Shown here one piece after another: positions 61,993-64,000 of a stretch of 64,000 nt of DNA. How positions within the stretch are numbered: position 1 is the first letter of the stretch; each line of letters starts with the position of its first letter. The DNA is from Candidatus Tenderia sp. (GTDB taxonomy: Bacteria > Pseudomonadota > Gammaproteobacteria > Tenderiales > Tenderiaceae), in the NCBI GenBank assembly GCA_031416075.1, contig JANOSY010000017.1, forward strand, positions 64,001 to 128,000, read 5' to 3'. The position numbers and the translations under genes are program-made. Under the pieces are notes generated by a model. It did no database searches, was not told the origin of the DNA, and worked only from the letters and a program-made list of their open reading frames with translations.

Positions 61993-62444
61993 AGCGATTA
62001 CTTATTACTTCTGCTTTGATTCTATCTGGATGCTCATCAAGTGATCATGAAACAACAACCAAACAAAAATCGCCTGAAAATGTATTAAGCATTGAGTCTA
62101 TAAAAATAGAGCATAACGGTGACTTCTCAAACTACATTAGCTCTGATGAAACGTCTGAAATGTGCAAAGACTTTGTTTTAGATAAAGCAGACGTATTAAA
62201 TTTTTTTACAACGGCGCGCTCGGCAACTTCAAGAGAGTATGAACATGATCTGACGGCATCAAACTGCTTTGCCAGCGGAACTTTCATTTCCAACAGTGGT
62301 GTTAGTGGTGATTGGAAAATTGACCGTTCAAGAAGAGGGACACTTCATGTGCAGGACAAGGCACCTGAATATTATTATTGCAGTGAGTGCAAAAGCCAGC
62401 TGTTTTACGAAGCGTGTGACATAGATTGTGCTCACGGTGAGTAA
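61986..62444 (+). CDS. Cys-rich lipoprotein, candidate immunity protein
   Basis: LSGC lipobox, overlaps the amidase stop. Confidence 0.7.
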   Translation: MVKRLLITSALILSGCSSSDHETTTKQKSPENVLSIESIKIEHNGDFSNYISSDETSEMCKDFVLDKADVLNFFTTARSATSREYEHDLTASNCFASGTFISNSGVSGDWKIDRSRRGTLHVQDKAPEYYYCSECKSQLFYEACDIDCAHGE

Positions 62445-62509
62445 TCAACAGGGCTACCATGTAAATCACAACCTCCCCAAACAAAGTAGACCCAGCCGTA
62501 TGTAGCCAA

Positions 62510-62646
62510 GTAAGGTGCATTCCATGCACCATCACCACAACCAGTGATTATGTGTTTCATGTTTGATACACAATCAAAAAAGTGCGCTGACAAATTATCG
62601 GTGTCTAATGGGTAATTTAAAAAATGGTGCATGGAATGCACCCTAC
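62510..62646. repeat. Inverted pair of GTAG-type REP sequences (REPIN-like doublet)
   Basis: GTAAGGTGCATTCCATGCACCAT (62510-62532) versus the reverse complement of 62624-62646: 22/23 identical. Confidence 0.8.
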
Positions 62647-62681
62647 TAAGCCGGATTCAACAAACACGCTGTCAGTCCCTC

Positions 62682-63419
62682 TTAACCGCCATGGATGTAA
62701 TGGATGGTTTTTAAGTTTAGCTTACCGCTAAATCCTCTTATTATCTCAAACCCCTTGTCACCAAAAAGGCGCGCTAGAAATGCGCGGTACTTACACACTG
62801 GACGTTTGTTAACCTGACTTATGTAGGCGTCGACACTTTTTTCCATTGAGTCCCATCCCAAGACAGAAGCGGTGGCGTCAGTATTTTTTTTTACCCCACA
62901 AAAGTAAACGTCAAAAGATCTCCAATTAACCCAAAATTGATAATTCGAAAACCCCATCTCCAAATCAAGCTTTTTCTTAAAGTCACTTGGAAGTAAATTG
63001 TGATAATAGTTCCATCCCATTTCAACCGTTAGCGGGGAAGCTTGCGGGTCAGTCCTGGCGGTGCCGTGCTCTTTTCTTCCGTGAGTTGCGCAGGTCATTA
63101 GCACAAGCCCTCCGGGCTTACACACGCGAAGCATATTCTGAAAAGTCTCAACCCAGTGTGGGTTATGTTCCATAGCCTCACACGAAATGACCTGATCGAA
63201 GTAATTATCGGGACCATCGTAATCTTGACCCTGGCAAACGATATCAACATTCTTACCTTCCGAAATATCAAGGCCCGTATAGTCGCAATTACTAAAATAA
63301 TCTTTGACGGAACCGTTAATATCCAAAGAGCCGATTTCTAAAACTTTGCTATTAGTAAAATATTGGTTCATTTCGGCAGAAATCAATTTTACGAAATCAC
63401 GCTGTGCAGGATGTGACAT
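62682..63419 (-). CDS. Class I SAM-dependent methyltransferase
   Basis: VLEIGS, YTGLD, FDQVISCEAMEH, RVCKPGG. Confidence 0.85.
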   Translation of the reverse strand: MSHPAQRDFVKLISAEMNQYFTNSKVLEIGSLDINGSVKDYFSNCDYTGLDISEGKNVDIVCQGQDYDGPDNYFDQVISCEAMEHNPHWVETFQNMLRVCKPGGLVLMTCATHGRKEHGTARTDPQASPLTVEMGWNYYHNLLPSDFKKKLDLEMGFSNYQFWVNWRSFDVYFCGVKKNTDATASVLGWDSMEKSVDAYISQVNKRPVCKYRAFLARLFGDKGFEIIRGFSGKLNLKTIHYIHGG

Positions 63420-64000
63420 TTTTACCCCTAAACGATGTTAATTAATGAAATTATTCTGTCTCAAGAGTTTTTCGGTAGCTATCCGCGCGATGCTTGCTTA
63501 ACATTCGCTAACCGCCATGGAGAGCGAGGCGAGGGCGGTTAGTCCCCGATAGGCGACCCCGTCCGCAGACTCGTAGTTGGGAGCGTTAGCGAGCGACGAA
63601 GAGGATGCGACTACGGGTATAGTCGCCGTAGAGTCATTGTGGCAGCCGTGTCGTAGTGTGGCAAGTCCATTTATGGACAATGCCATACGGAGACGCGGCG
63701 GACACAGGACGGTCGGGGCAAAAGGAATCAGCTGTCGCGTAAGTGAGTCTATTTTGGGCATGGACGCCCAAAATAAACAGCATCGGGGACAGACACAGCA
63801 TCGAGGACAGACCACGGTTTTTCACCCTAAGTTGACCCCAAAAAAAACAACTAACTCAAGCATAAACCGCATCGTACTACTCGCATTTCACCCACCAAGC
63901 GTCTCTCCCCTTCCCCCATACGCAATCTGACGTATTGCGGGAAAAGTTCCCCAACCCTACTCTGAACCCGTCACTGTTTTTGCACCTCACTTTTAATCAC

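Noticed and set aside
63945-63962. TCCCCAACCCTA similarity to the gpA-associated repeat
   Set aside because: About 12 nt of low-complexity match; could be chance.

Overview
Gammaproteobacterial chromosomal window. Core genes (hemW-hemF, apaH, pip, typA, tsaD, rpsU-yqeY-dnaG-rpoD-tRNA(CAT), an RND pump, a permease-fused hybrid kinase with response regulator) are interrupted by several accessory blocks. (1) A ~2.2-kb hcp/putative PG hydrolase/putative immunity islet lies between two 71-bp copies of the pip 3' end. (2) A P-loop ATPase + TPR pair follows; the ATPase has an in-frame stop at codon 9. (3) An ~18-kb block separates tsaD from rpsU, which are usually neighbours. It combines molybdopterin synthesis genes (moaA, moaC, moaD, moaE, moeB; no metal-insertion genes in the window), a histidine phosphatase, a Kelch protein, an unknown secreted protein and a trans-envelope set (MMPL, LolA-like protein, three outer-membrane barrels, a DrrAB-type ABC exporter) with shared Trp/Gln-rich inserts. 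This is the best candidate for an undescribed system. (4) A decayed island after the tRNA carries an AbiF/Abi_2 HEPN gene preceded by a structured RNA-like element present in several copies, an Abi pseudogene, a three-gene nuclease operon and a truncated P2-type replication gene. (5) The right end has mazEF, an orphan integron attC cassette, an amidase/lipoprotein pair and REP-like repeats. All calls come from reading the sequence and motifs; no database searches were run.
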